64,000 nucleotides of DNA from a virus (Duplodnaviria; Caudoviricetes): the IMG/VR virus record IMGVR_UViG_3300035428_000399, positions 25,124 through 89,123 of that record; one strand, written 5' to 3'. Position numbers and translations under genes: made by a program. Shown here piece after piece: positions 28,676 through 39,700 of the stretch. The notes beneath the pieces are model-generated. The model was not told the DNA's origin. It did no database searches and worked only from the letters and a program-made list of their open reading frames with translations. Position 1 is the stretch's first letter, and each line of letters starts with the position of its first letter.

Positions 28676-28954
28676 ATGAGAATAACTGAATTAAAACCCG
28701 AATACGTTGACCTCATTCCACCGGTTGCGGATATGAAAGAGGGAGTGCTGTATATCAGCAGACCGTTTATGACAACCTCGCATCTTTGCGCTTGTGGATG
28801 CGGCAACGAAGTCATATTGCCGTATGGTTGTAGAAGGTTCTGGATCCTGACCGAAAGACTGTCGGGCGTTACCATACGTCCCTCCGTCGGCAGCTTCAAT
28901 CTACCGTGCAAGTCGCATTATTACATCACCGACAATAAAATTGAATGGTTATGA
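28676..28954 (+). CDS. DUF6527-like protein
   Basis: EGVLYIS, HLCACGCG, TIRPSVG and CKSHYYI motifs (family recalled, not searched). Confidence 0.65.
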   Translation: MRITELKPEYVDLIPPVADMKEGVLYISRPFMTTSHLCACGCGNEVILPYGCRRFWILTERLSGVTIRPSVGSFNLPCKSHYYITDNKIEWL

Positions 28955-29367
28955 ACGAGGATTATGTAAGCTATGAATTAGCGGTAAAACTCAAAGCTGC
29001 CGGGTTCGATGAGCCGTGCCACTATCATTATGACTGTGATAGGGGGTCTCATATCATAGAGCCGAATTACACCATTAATGACGGCGAGGGTTGTAAATAC
29101 ATCACCGCTGACGACCTTTTAGAAGATAATAATGCCTGGCAATATTGCTCTGCGCCAACTTTAGCTCACGCCCAGAAGTGGCTGCGAGAGAAACATCAAA
29201 TCAGCGTCCGTGTGAGCTACATTTCCTACCATAAAGTTTGGTTCGCTGATTGGCTTAATCTTGACAGCGGAGAATTTGACGATACTGACGCAACCTTTGA
29301 CACTTACGAGGAAGCACTCACTGAGGGTATAAGGTCCGCGCTAGAACAGATAAAGAAAGTAGATTAA
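28945..29367 (+). CDS. Hypothetical phage protein
   Basis: EDYVSYELAVKLKAAGFD, APTL..AQKWLRE and TYEEAL motifs. Confidence 0.7.
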   Translation: MVMNEDYVSYELAVKLKAAGFDEPCHYHYDCDRGSHIIEPNYTINDGEGCKYITADDLLEDNNAWQYCSAPTLAHAQKWLREKHQISVRVSYISYHKVWFADWLNLDSGEFDDTDATFDTYEEALTEGIRSALEQIKKVD

Positions 29368-29368
29368 T

Positions 29369-29806
29369 ATGGCAGTAGATATTAGAACACTGAGGATCGG
29401 TAGCCATGTGCTTGTCAACAGCGTAAGAGCGACCGTTGAACGTCTGGAAATTCGCAAATGGCAAGATGGCATTCAACGTCCGTGGGGATTTTTCCACGGC
29501 ATAGTAAACGGAACTTACCGCGAGTGCGGAGGTTTCCTTGATATCGATAATGTGATGCCGATTCCAATAACTCCGGAGTTGTTAGAGGAACTCGGATTTG
29601 AGGAAATGTATTGGAGTTACGAAAAGTCATTCGTGAAGCCCCTGCAAGGAAAAGGCTTTGCCGTAATCCAAGACGAAGACGGCGAGTGGAGAACAAAATA
29701 TTATCCTTACAAAGGTTGCAGCTACGGCGAAATTCGCGATACCAAATACCTCCATGTGGCAGAATCATTTATAGCCTTACACGGACTCGAACTTATTACT
29801 GATTAA
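29369..29806 (+). CDS. Hypothetical phage protein
   Basis: LRIGS.V and PIPITPELLEELGF motifs. Confidence 0.7.
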   Translation: MAVDIRTLRIGSHVLVNSVRATVERLEIRKWQDGIQRPWGFFHGIVNGTYRECGGFLDIDNVMPIPITPELLEELGFEEMYWSYEKSFVKPLQGKGFAVIQDEDGEWRTKYYPYKGCSYGEIRDTKYLHVAESFIALHGLELITD

Positions 29807-29816
29807 AATCATAAAA

Positions 29817-30118
29817 ATGGAACAAACTATGTCTATATTCTCGATTTTACGCAAGGAATCCTGAATATAATTCACCTGACCCCCGAAGAGGTCAAAGCCT
29901 CCGAAAGCTACGAATCTTTTGAAGAATTCCTTGCGACTCTTGAAGAAAAGTACGGATTCTCGTTATCCAACTGTCAATGGATGTGTAGCGAGACCCTAAA
30001 AGTCTATCTCTACGAAAATGGTAAAGAAGCCGATGCGCCCCTCACAGATTACGTCAAACAGATGCTTCAGAAGAGCGAGAACGACAGACCCTTAAACTTC
30101 CATCGTAAGAATATGTAA
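29817..30118 (+). pseudogene. Probable frameshifted gene of about 100 codons
   Basis: The ATG at 29817 reads only 15 codons. The adjacent frame (NYVYILDFTQG...RKNM*) is open to 30118 but has no start of its own. This fits a 1-nt deletion just after the ATG. Confidence 0.5.
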
Positions 30119-30130
30119 CACTATAATCGC

Positions 30131-30583
30131 ATGAAAGAAACGACCACCACCATTGTAACTACCGAGGTTACAAGACGTGCCCCAAAGAAAAAGACCATTG
30201 TCGGTGCAGACCATATCGTGTCCGATGGCCGGGCATATATCGTGGAGCACCATGCCGCTCGTTGGCCCGGCGAAGGCAAAGGAATCCCACGAGTATCAGT
30301 TCAGGAAACAAAAGCCAAAATGCAGGCAGGGCTATCCAACAGTATGGGTCCCAAGCAGACCGAAGGTAGAATGTGTCTCGCGACATCGCTATTGCATCTG
30401 TCGGCTATCAGGAATGGGCTTTGCGACATCGCATCACATCCGGACCTAAGCCTCCTCGATAACGATGATTGCGAAAGGCTCCAGATTATCGCCGTCCAAC
30501 TCAACGAGTTCATCCCCATATTAAGAGACATCATGACTAAACGCGTCTCTCTGTTCGCCAACTACCAATTCCCAGCTTTCTAA
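30131..30583 (+). CDS. Hypothetical protein
   Basis: 150-aa co-oriented ORF. Confidence 0.55.
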   Translation: MKETTTTIVTTEVTRRAPKKKTIVGADHIVSDGRAYIVEHHAARWPGEGKGIPRVSVQETKAKMQAGLSNSMGPKQTEGRMCLATSLLHLSAIRNGLCDIASHPDLSLLDNDDCERLQIIAVQLNEFIPILRDIMTKRVSLFANYQFPAF

Positions 30584-30642
30584 TCATTAACGAAGCGTCC
30601 GAAAGAGTTAAGGATATTGCATCAGATATTCCCACAAGGCCA

Positions 30643-30864
30643 GTGGAAGAGCTGATGAAGTATTATTTCACCACATTCGTGGACAAGGACGGAAAAATAC
30701 TCTCAATAAAAATTGACGAGTGCGATTACCAACTATATTTCGACATCGAGAGACAATCCGATAACACGTATGCCCTCATGGGCGAGGTGGAAATCTTCAT
30801 TAATTCCACATACATCGGAATGTTTGACAAAGACATGAATTATATACCCCCGAACGAAGAATAA
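30643..30864 (+). CDS. Hypothetical protein
   Basis: 73-aa ORF, last before the terminator. Confidence 0.5.
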   Translation: MEELMKYYFTTFVDKDGKILSIKIDECDYQLYFDIERQSDNTYALMGEVEIFINSTYIGMFDKDMNYIPPNEE

Positions 30865-30909
30865 ACGCCTCAAAAATGGGTAAAAGAGTGAAGTTGCAAT
30901 TTCACTTTC

Positions 30910-30940
30910 AAGGCTCGGCTCAACGCCGGGCCTTTTTTGT
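30910..30940 (+). terminator. Intrinsic terminator closing the accessory block
   Basis: AGGCTCGGC-TCAAC-GCCGGGCCT followed by a T tract. Confidence 0.75.
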
Positions 30941-31195
30941 TTCATTTTCTTCGCAAACGGTAGCCTTGACACATCACTCAGTGAGTAAAACAAAACGTGG
31001 TTCTATTAAAACTACCGCGTGTCCATTCAACTTGCCTGCGACAAAATTTCTTGACACTCAAATTATTAGCCTTAGCCTCCATTTACAGATTTACTGCACT
31101 CACGGTTGCACCTTATTCTCTTAACACCTTGATATTTAGCTCATAAACCGTGAGTAACTTTGACATTGAATTAAACTAATAATACCAATCCCGCA

Positions 31196-32521
31196 ATGGC
31201 AAAACTCAAAATCTACAGCGATATAGTCGATGAGGAGCAGAAGCTTTGCATGGAGTCTTTCGGCGGTCCCGAAGGGGTTTGCTACAAAGACGTCCAGGAA
31301 TTCATCGAGGCTATTCCGGAGGATGATAACGCCATAGACATCCGCCTGCACTGTTGCGGCGGCGACTGTGGCGAGGGATGGGCCATTTATGATGCTCTCC
31401 GCCGGTCCGGCAAGACCATTTCTGCCACCGTAGAGGGCGAGTGCTCATCCATTGCATCTGTCATACTTCTTGCGGCTCCGGCAGAACGTCGGTACGCCAA
31501 CAAGAATATGCGTATGTGCCTGCACAATCCGGCATACGAGTACCTGATGACAGATATGCCCGTCCGCTATACTCCCGATAAACTCGACGCTCTCATTTCC
31601 GACCTGGAGGTTCAGTCCAAGTCCCTGCGTGAGGAGCAGGACAGGATTCTCGACTTGTATGTGGAGCGCACCGGTGCCAACCGCAAGGCGCTTCAAACTC
31701 TCATGGATAAGGACACTTTCATCGACGCAAACCGCGCTCAGGAGCTTGGCTTTATCACTCATATTCTCGTTCCTACGACCGCTCACAGATTCAGGAAACG
31801 CAATATCAAAACCAAATCAAATAACAAAACTATGGCTAAACCCAACCCCACTGCAGGTACTCCTGCAAAGAAGCCTTCGGCCCTTTCCCGTTTCCTCGCG
31901 AAAGCCGGACTGGCCCGCGCAAAGGCTCAGGTCGTAACAGCCGCTGACGGCAACGAGTTTACCGTCGAGCGAGAGGACGGCGACCCGCAGATCGGTGACG
32001 TTGCATATCCCGACGGCACCTATGTGCTCGACGACGGCCTCAAGATTGTGGTCGAAGGCGAGATTATCACCGACATCATCCAGCCCGAAACGGAAGGTGG
32101 CAACGGCGACGACCCTGACCCCGTCGACTCCATGGATGATCCCGATGAAATCCGCGCCATTATCGCAGAGCTTCAGGGACGTCTCCAGGAAATCGACCCG
32201 GATGCAACACCCGAAGAGACCGCTCCCCAGGTCGAAGAACTCCAGAAGACCGTCGAGGAACTCCAGCAAACGGTAGAAGAGCAGAAGACCGAGCTCAAGA
32301 ACGCCCGCGCAATCGTCGCCAAGGTCAACAAGGCCGGCGGTATGCCCTGGCTCGACGCAGCTCTCGGTATGCGCTCATCTTTCACGCCTCAGAACCGTCG
32401 ATTCGTCTCCCACGGTGCCCCCGCCGGCAAAGCCCAGGAGGAGTCCACCGAGTCCAAGACGCAGAAGGCAATTCGCGAGCGTCGCGAAGCCGCTGCTGCC
32501 AAGCGCGCAAAGCGCAACTAA
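31196..32521 (+). CDS. ClpP-like prohead protease with scaffold-like C-terminus
   Basis: HCCGGDCGEG, EGECSSIASVI (catalytic Ser), CLHNP (His), A.ELGFI; acidic coiled-coil tail; TAACTTTG box upstream at about 31155. Confidence 0.85.
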   Translation: MAKLKIYSDIVDEEQKLCMESFGGPEGVCYKDVQEFIEAIPEDDNAIDIRLHCCGGDCGEGWAIYDALRRSGKTISATVEGECSSIASVILLAAPAERRYANKNMRMCLHNPAYEYLMTDMPVRYTPDKLDALISDLEVQSKSLREEQDRILDLYVERTGANRKALQTLMDKDTFIDANRAQELGFITHILVPTTAHRFRKRNIKTKSNNKTMAKPNPTAGTPAKKPSALSRFLAKAGLARAKAQVVTAADGNEFTVEREDGDPQIGDVAYPDGTYVLDDGLKIVVEGEIITDIIQPETEGGNGDDPDPVDSMDDPDEIRAIIAELQGRLQEIDPDATPEETAPQVEELQKTVEELQQTVEEQKTELKNARAIVAKVNKAGGMPWLDAALGMRSSFTPQNRRFVSHGAPAGKAQEESTESKTQKAIRERREAAAAKRAKRN

Positions 32522-32552
32522 TCTCAATCGTGTAACAATTTAATCCGAAGTT

Positions 32553-33617
32553 ATGATTAACTGGAATCAATTTACCGTAGACAACGGGGCGATTAACGAC
32601 CTTCGAGAGTTGCTCTTTCTCACGGTGTATGATGACCCGGACATCGACCTGACGGTAACGACCAAGACTGGCGTTACCAACGGCCAGAAGCTCGGCTACA
32701 TCAACGACCTCGGCGATGTCGGTGAAAAGGGCGGTGGTTGCGACCCCACTTACACGTCTGTGAACATCACCGGCATTCAGAAGGAATGGGAACTCGGTGG
32801 CTGGGAAATCCCCAAGGAAATCTGCTACGAAGACCTCGAGAACACCATCGCGGAGTCGTCCCTCAATACTGGCACCGACATCGCATATCTCCAGGACACT
32901 CCATACTGGGACCTCGTGCTCATGCCTCTTCTCGAAAAGGCTATCCGCGAAATGTTTTGGCGTATCGCGTGGTTCGGCGACAAAGACGCCAATAATCTCA
33001 CTGACGGTGGTATCCTCAAGGCTGGCATCAAACCCTCGCTCTTCACAATGTGCGACGGTCTTTGGAAGCGCCTTCAGGCCATCATCGCTGCCAATAACAA
33101 TCAGAGGACTATCATCGCGGCTAACGAAGAGACAACTTACCAGGCTCAGAAGAATGGGTTGCTCACTCCGGGCACCGCGATCAAGATTTTCGACACGCTT
33201 CTGTCCGACGCAGACTCTCGCATCTTCGACGACAGCAAGGCTGCCATCTTCTGTACGACCTCTATGTTCAAGGCTCTCCGCACCGATATCGTGGAACGCT
33301 ACGGCAAAACCACAATGCCTTTCGAGAACGTAGGTTCCGGCATCACACTCTCAGAGTATGACGGCCGTCCCATCTATGCCATTGACATCTGGGACCGCAT
33401 GATTGCTAAGTACGAGGACACTGGGACTGCTCTGAACTGTCCACACCGCGCTATCGTCTGCTCCCCCGAAAACCTTTTCGTGGGTACCAACGATAAGGAC
33501 AAGATCGCTAACCTCAGTATCTCTTTTAACGACAAGGACCGCAAGAACTACATCTACGCCGCTTCCAAAATCGGTACTCTTGTAGGTGAAGACGCACTAG
33601 TCCAGGTTGCAATCTAA
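32553..33617 (+). CDS. Major capsid protein
   Basis: 354 aa directly after the protease; size and position fit. Confidence 0.75.
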   Translation: MINWNQFTVDNGAINDLRELLFLTVYDDPDIDLTVTTKTGVTNGQKLGYINDLGDVGEKGGGCDPTYTSVNITGIQKEWELGGWEIPKEICYEDLENTIAESSLNTGTDIAYLQDTPYWDLVLMPLLEKAIREMFWRIAWFGDKDANNLTDGGILKAGIKPSLFTMCDGLWKRLQAIIAANNNQRTIIAANEETTYQAQKNGLLTPGTAIKIFDTLLSDADSRIFDDSKAAIFCTTSMFKALRTDIVERYGKTTMPFENVGSGITLSEYDGRPIYAIDIWDRMIAKYEDTGTALNCPHRAIVCSPENLFVGTNDKDKIANLSISFNDKDRKNYIYAASKIGTLVGEDALVQVAI

Positions 33618-33628
33618 ATCGAGAAGCT

Positions 33629-34225
33629 ATGGCTGCAGAAAGTTGTGATTACCAGTTGGCCGCTGACCTGGTGGCCAGCTGTACCGTAAAGCCGGTTAAA
33701 GGTATCAAGTCCCATGGTTTCATCATGAACTACAACGATATTGACATGGAGGCCACCGCACGCGATGAGAATAACCCCAATATCGTGAAGTCCCTCATTT
33801 TGAAGACCGGTAAGAAGGCCTACAAAATGTATGTTCCGGGCAAGAGCCCATACACTGGCACGAAAAAAACTATGTCAGCCGGAACATACCGTAACCGATT
33901 CAACAAGGACGTATCCATCGTCATCCTCGACAACGGACCCGATGTGTCGCACAACATCATCGACCAGCTCGCCAACGGCACTTTTGTAATCGTGCTTGAG
34001 AACAAATTCCCAGGCTCGGATAACAAGAACACTTTCGAGATCTATGGACTCGAAGCCGGCCTTACCGCGACTGCGCTCGACGATGATAAGTATTCTGACG
34101 ACACCGAAGGCGGTTGGCTTGCAACCCTTCAGGAAGAGAATGCCCCGACTTCAGGCATCTTTTTGTTCGGCGAAAGTCTGTCAGCAACTCGCACAGCCCT
34201 TGAATCTCTCGTCAGCGGTTCATAA
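33629..34225 (+). CDS. Putative major tail/structural protein
   Basis: 198 aa after the capsid gene; FEIYGLEAGL motif. Confidence 0.55.
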   Translation: MAAESCDYQLAADLVASCTVKPVKGIKSHGFIMNYNDIDMEATARDENNPNIVKSLILKTGKKAYKMYVPGKSPYTGTKKTMSAGTYRNRFNKDVSIVILDNGPDVSHNIIDQLANGTFVIVLENKFPGSDNKNTFEIYGLEAGLTATALDDDKYSDDTEGGWLATLQEENAPTSGIFLFGESLSATRTALESLVSGS

Positions 34226-34233
34226 TCTGCCAT

Positions 34234-35046
34234 ATGGGAAGCTACGAAGATACAATGTTGCAAATGTCTGAAATGAAAAGCCGTTTCCAGAGCGGCTTTT
34301 CATCTTCAGATAGGTTGCTTCTTGATTCGTTACATCGGTTGCTGTTTGGTAAGGAGATTACCAACACCGGCTGTAGTGACTGCTATCGTGACGCTTACGT
34401 CATCATTTACAACCACCTCAAAAAAAGTAAGACTATGCCCGAAAAGCCTAATTATGTACTCAAGGCCGGTGCCCTCATACACCCGGCCGGCACGTCAAAT
34501 TTCTATGTAAATCCCATTCCGGATGAGGTTGCCGAGGAACACCTCAGCAAATATCCCAGCGAAGTCAACAAATTCGCTCACCTTCCTACGGACTGGGAAG
34601 ACCGCGTAGCCGCATATAAAGCCCGCAAACTGGCTCAGACAAAAAAGAAAGCCGAGGAAGCCAATAACGAAGTTCCGACAACTTCTGCCGAGGATGCCGA
34701 AAAAATCAAAGCCCTCGAAGCACAGCTCACCGAAGCGCAGGAGGCTGTGAAGAAATCCGACGCACTCCACAAAGAGGCAGAGGAAAAAATCAAGACCCTC
34801 GAATACGACAAATCCACGCTTGAGCAGGAAATCGAAGGGCTCAAAGCCGCACTCGAAGGTCGGACCGTAACCGACGGCGAGGGCGAAGAGTCCGATGAAC
34901 TGGCCGAAGTCCGCATGGAACTGGCGACCACAAAAGCCGAACTCGAATCCGCCAACGAGGAGATTGCCTCCCTAAAAAGCGATAACCGCGCACTCAAAGC
35001 TGCCAACACCCGGCTCAAAAACAACGGTGCCAAGGACACCGAGTAA
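34234..35046 (+). CDS. Hypothetical structural protein with CxxC and coiled-coil tail
   Basis: GCSDCYRD motif; Glu/Ala/Lys-rich C-terminal half. Confidence 0.6.
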   Translation: MGSYEDTMLQMSEMKSRFQSGFSSSDRLLLDSLHRLLFGKEITNTGCSDCYRDAYVIIYNHLKKSKTMPEKPNYVLKAGALIHPAGTSNFYVNPIPDEVAEEHLSKYPSEVNKFAHLPTDWEDRVAAYKARKLAQTKKKAEEANNEVPTTSAEDAEKIKALEAQLTEAQEAVKKSDALHKEAEEKIKTLEYDKSTLEQEIEGLKAALEGRTVTDGEGEESDELAEVRMELATTKAELESANEEIASLKSDNRALKAANTRLKNNGAKDTE

Positions 35047-35058
35047 TACCCGCGCTCG

Positions 35059-36258
35059 ATGAATATAACCAACGTCAAACGTTCTCCCAAGCGCCTCACA
35101 ACCGCCTACTGGAGTACTCTCAATATCCAGGCATATGGTAGGGATAATCTCTACCCCCAGCGTATGCTTGACTTGATATTGAATAGTCCGACGGGGGGAG
35201 GATGTTGTGAGCGTTACCAAACATTCATCGAAGGGAACGGCCTTAATGACACCAAATTCTCCGAGTATGTGGTAAACCGCGCAGGAGATACAGTGGACGA
35301 CATCTTTCGTCTCATCGCTCAGGATATGGCACAATTCCACGGGTTCGCCTTACACGTCAATTATAATCTTGCCTGTGAGGTTGTGGAACTGCACCATATT
35401 CCATTCCAGAACTGTCGGCTCGAAGAGGAAACAGAAAACGGCAGCGTTATCTTCATCAACGTACATCCCGATTGGACCGGTAACAAAACTCGCAAGGGCA
35501 ATAAAATCCTCGTAGATAAAAAGCATGTCGATAAAATCTACACTTTCAATCCCATAAAGGAAGTAATTTTATCTCAGATAGTCGAGTCAGGCGGCATAGA
35601 CAAATACAAGGGCCAGATTCTATGGTTCTCCATGGACGGTCGATTTGAATATCCTAAGCCCATCTACGACAAGGTCGTGACTAACCTTTCTACAGACGAA
35701 GGACTCGACAATGTGAAGTACCGCAATACGCGCAACAACTTCCTGATGTCGGGTATGCTCATGCACAAAAAAGGAGTGGCATCCGGACTTGACGATAATG
35801 GCGATACAAATCAGGATTCTACGCTCGATGATGTAGACTTCGCGCAGAGTCTCGATGCATTCCAAGGCGATGTAAATGCTTGCTCTATCATAGACGTAAC
35901 ATACAACTCGGAGGAAGACAAGCCTGATTTCGTACCCTTTGAATCCACGAATTTCGATGACAAGTTTGACTCTACGGAGAAGAGTGTGACGGAAAGAATT
36001 TACTCTGCTTTCGGTCAAGAACCTTGGTACTTGATTCGTACCGGCAAAACTGGATGGAGTGGCACCGCCGTGCAGGAGGCATACGAATACTATAATTCCT
36101 ATGTCGCGAAAGAACGACGAGCGATCTCAAGAGAACTGAAGAAAATATTCGACCATTGGTTTGAGGATGTCAATCCCAGCGGAGATTACTCTGTCCAGCC
36201 TTTAGTCTATGTCACCAATCAATCCAACGAAAGTAATGGAGCACATAATAAGTCCTGA
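35059..36258 (+). CDS. Portal protein
   Basis: 399 aa; YGRDNLYPQ N-terminus; position in the head module. Confidence 0.75.
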   Translation: MNITNVKRSPKRLTTAYWSTLNIQAYGRDNLYPQRMLDLILNSPTGGGCCERYQTFIEGNGLNDTKFSEYVVNRAGDTVDDIFRLIAQDMAQFHGFALHVNYNLACEVVELHHIPFQNCRLEEETENGSVIFINVHPDWTGNKTRKGNKILVDKKHVDKIYTFNPIKEVILSQIVESGGIDKYKGQILWFSMDGRFEYPKPIYDKVVTNLSTDEGLDNVKYRNTRNNFLMSGMLMHKKGVASGLDDNGDTNQDSTLDDVDFAQSLDAFQGDVNACSIIDVTYNSEEDKPDFVPFESTNFDDKFDSTEKSVTERIYSAFGQEPWYLIRTGKTGWSGTAVQEAYEYYNSYVAKERRAISRELKKIFDHWFEDVNPSGDYSVQPLVYVTNQSNESNGAHNKS

Positions 36259-36751
36259 TGAGGTCGTAAAACTCGGCCGCCCAATCGGGAAAGTCGAAGA
36301 AGCCAAATTACTCGCCTATATCACCGAGGCCGAACAGATGAACATCAAACCGGCCCTCGGTGACGAACTGTTTCTAAGCATTTTGACCGAGGGAGAGGAA
36401 AACGACCTCTATAAAGTTCTGCTTAATGGCGGTACTTACAAGGATGCGAATGAGTGTACCCGCACTTTCGTGGGATTGAAAGTCACTATGTCCTACTATG
36501 TCTACGCGCAGAACGTCATGAGTGGCGATTTCCAAAGCACCAGATTTGGCATCGTAGTCAAGCAGGGGGATTATTCACGCGAGATCTCCAGCAAAGAGAG
36601 GTCCGATTGCTACAACAACGCCCTGGAAGTGGCTCATCACTATCTTCAGGAGTGTGTTGCATACTGCAAAGCCAAGAGCCTTTTCAAATCGAATAAATCC
36701 CGCCGTGTGGTTTCCACGGGCGGATGCACCATACGCAAAATCGGAAACTAA
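36236..36751 (+). CDS. Putative head-tail connector (DUF6712-like)
   Basis: YITEAEQMNIKPALGDEL and GL...YYVYA motifs; follows the portal. Confidence 0.6.
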   Translation: MEHIISPDEVVKLGRPIGKVEEAKLLAYITEAEQMNIKPALGDELFLSILTEGEENDLYKVLLNGGTYKDANECTRTFVGLKVTMSYYVYAQNVMSGDFQSTRFGIVVKQGDYSREISSKERSDCYNNALEVAHHYLQECVAYCKAKSLFKSNKSRRVVSTGGCTIRKIGN

Positions 36752-36763
36752 ATCAATCTGACA

Positions 36764-39700
36764 ATGGGTCTGAATAATAAAACCAATCTCAAAAGTCAGG
36801 CCGACCTTATCAGATATGAGGACGGCGAGGGAAAAAATACAGCTGAACGTGTCGGCAAGGTAATTGCCGAGATTATCACAAATGCCGATCTGTCTCTAAC
36901 GACAGAGACTACCGAGCGCGTTGCAACGGATAATGCGCTCCAGCAGAGTGTGACGATAGCATCAAACACCGCAACTACGGCCTACAATGAGGCTAAAGAC
37001 GCTAAGACCAAAGTCTCGGCGGCTCAGTCAACAGCCAATGATGCCAAAACAACTGCTAATGCAGCAAAAGCTGTTACAGATACGAAAGGACGCCCGGGTG
37101 GTCTTGCGACACTTGACTCCGATGGGAAAGTGCCGGCGAATCAACTTCCAGGATATGTTGACGATGTAGTTGAGTTCAATGCCACAGTAAGTGGCGTAAC
37201 ATCCCAAATGGCATCAAGTGCACATAAATCAACTGATGCCGGATGTATGGTAGTGTATGACACAGACCATGATACATTTATACTCGCTGTATCCAAAATT
37301 GCCATATCCGATGCAACCGAATGGAGCGCCGTAAAGCGTCCGATTAAGGGCTCCAATATTGCCACTTCAGACTTAGAAGTAGGAGAGGCACAGAAACTCA
37401 ATGTCACTGATTATTGGCAAATAAACGACGGCAGCGCAATTCTGCGTCCATCACAGTTTACTTATTACAACAACTGGCTTGATGGAGACTCTTTCGGAGA
37501 GGGAACGCTGAATGGTCGCGTACCCAAAGCCGGGAAAATCTACACATGCACCTCAAACAACAAGACTTTCCGTTGGAGTGGTTCGGAACTCGTTACAATC
37601 GGCTCTGACCTCGCGCTTGGTCGCACGGCCAGCACAGCTTTTCCCGGAGATGCAGGTGCACAGCTCGAAGAAACGGTTAGCAATTACGGTAACTTGATTA
37701 TTCAAAACGAAAGCCATATCAATAGCATTGGCATTCTTCCCTGCGACGGCCAATGGGACGGCAAAGGAACCGCTCCAACGTCAGGTGTATGGCTTATTCC
37801 AAGCGAAGCGTATGAAAACGCCGTATGCTTTGAATCTTACGGTAATACCGATTTCTATGGCTATGCCCCCGAAGTCTACAATTCTGACGAGCAATACAAT
37901 CCAGGCTACATCTACCGTATCGGGGACGGATTATTCCGCATAGTCAATAACAAATTAGAGTCAACATCCGGCTCCGCTGTTGGCAATACCTACAATGCAA
38001 CGGTCGAGATACCACTGCCTGCCGGAGAGTATTACTCCGACATTATGGCTGAGACACAGACGCATAACGTTCTCACAGCTGTATTCAACGAGGGTAAGGC
38101 CTCTCTCGGTCTGACTATAACATTCGCCATCGGTCCCAGCTCATGGAAAACCTACCAATATGTCGGTCCGAACACAACCAGTCCGCAGTTTCTCAATGTC
38201 AACAACTGGATTGACATGGCTGGTATGTCGGCCGGTGCCGAAGCCATTATCAATGTCGATGCACTATGTCCTCGCAAAGTTGCCGGATATTATGACAAAG
38301 GAAGTGCCATTGACGCCATCCTCGAATTGCAGAACGCATCAGGCATCAAATATGCGAAGAGTGGTCTTGTCATCACATTCCGCACGGGCGAATACGCATG
38401 GGAAGCCTACCAGTTCACCGGCGAGGTTTCCGACTTCTCCAACAAAGACCTTTGGAAGCAGTTTGGTGGAGGTGGAACGGTAAAGACGTCCGCAACCCCA
38501 GAAAAAGACGGCAAGGATGCATTCTCTACCGGTGGCGCATACGATATGCAACAGAACGCTTTCGATCATCTTGACGTAGACCAAGATGCCGAGAACCACA
38601 TCATCAAAGCCATCAACAAGCTCGGCAACGAAATGGGCCAATCCATCTCTATCCCCAAGAGTAATGGAGGAGGCTCTGTGTCCGGCTCGTCGCTTAATAT
38701 CTATTTGGAAAACCCGGCGGTTTATGCTGCATTTGGCTCCGAAATTTCAGTTCGAGCAGCCATCAAGTCTGTAACATTCGATGGACAGGGAAGTAACGTG
38801 ACCGAGGTGCTCGGTGTAATCCGCCGTCTGGAAATCATCGATGCTACTTCCGGACTTACCTTATGGAGCGAGGCTATAAACCAAAATTCGTCTACAAGTC
38901 CAACGAATTACTCGTTCAAATACGACTTTACGCCGTATTTCTCTGAGGCTTCGGCACGCGACTTCACAATTGTTGCCTACGATGCCGAAGGGAACGTTAA
39001 ACGGCGCACCATTACTGTTACCGCCGTCGATGTAACATGTACCTCTGTCCAGACGCTGAACTATACTACCGGCTCTGTGCTTGAAGTTGGCGGGTCGACC
39101 AAGAACCTGCTGATGTATAAGTTTGCCAATAATGTATCGAAGCTCGGTGTAAAGGTTACAACTGAAATGTTCTTCAACGGGGAGTGGAAGAAGCTCGGCG
39201 AGTCTGTCATCACAGACAGTTATTCGCACTCAATTTCCATCGACCCATGCAACGTGTTCGGAGGAAACGAGAAACTGGCCCACGGGTCTTATGCAATCCG
39301 CATATCCGGCGAGGACGTGGCTTCCGGTGTCAAAGGTAACGTGATTTACAGTTCTATTATGTGTGTGGATTCCAAGTCCACGCAGCCCATTGTATCTATA
39401 CGCTACAACGACATCAACAATGGTACAATCCGCCTTTACGACAATCTTGAAGTCGAGGTTGCCGCTTATACGCCCGGCAAGACCTCAACAGCAGCTTCGG
39501 TATATATCGACGGCATTGAGGTTATTTCTACCGACATAGGTACCTCACAGACTGAAATCGTCCGCAAGCAGATTCAGGGCTATGACACAGACGGTTCCGA
39601 TACAATCTCAATCTACGCCAAGAGCGGAGACAGCCAGACCAATCCGATAACCGTTACCGTTGTAGGCTCGGCAATCTCTGCAATAATCAAGGAGGGAGCA

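Noticed and set aside
36960-37075. Ala/Thr-rich repeats at the start of the giant protein as a separate repeat element
   Set aside because: Protein-level coiled-coil repeats typical of tail fibres, with no exact DNA tandem repeat.
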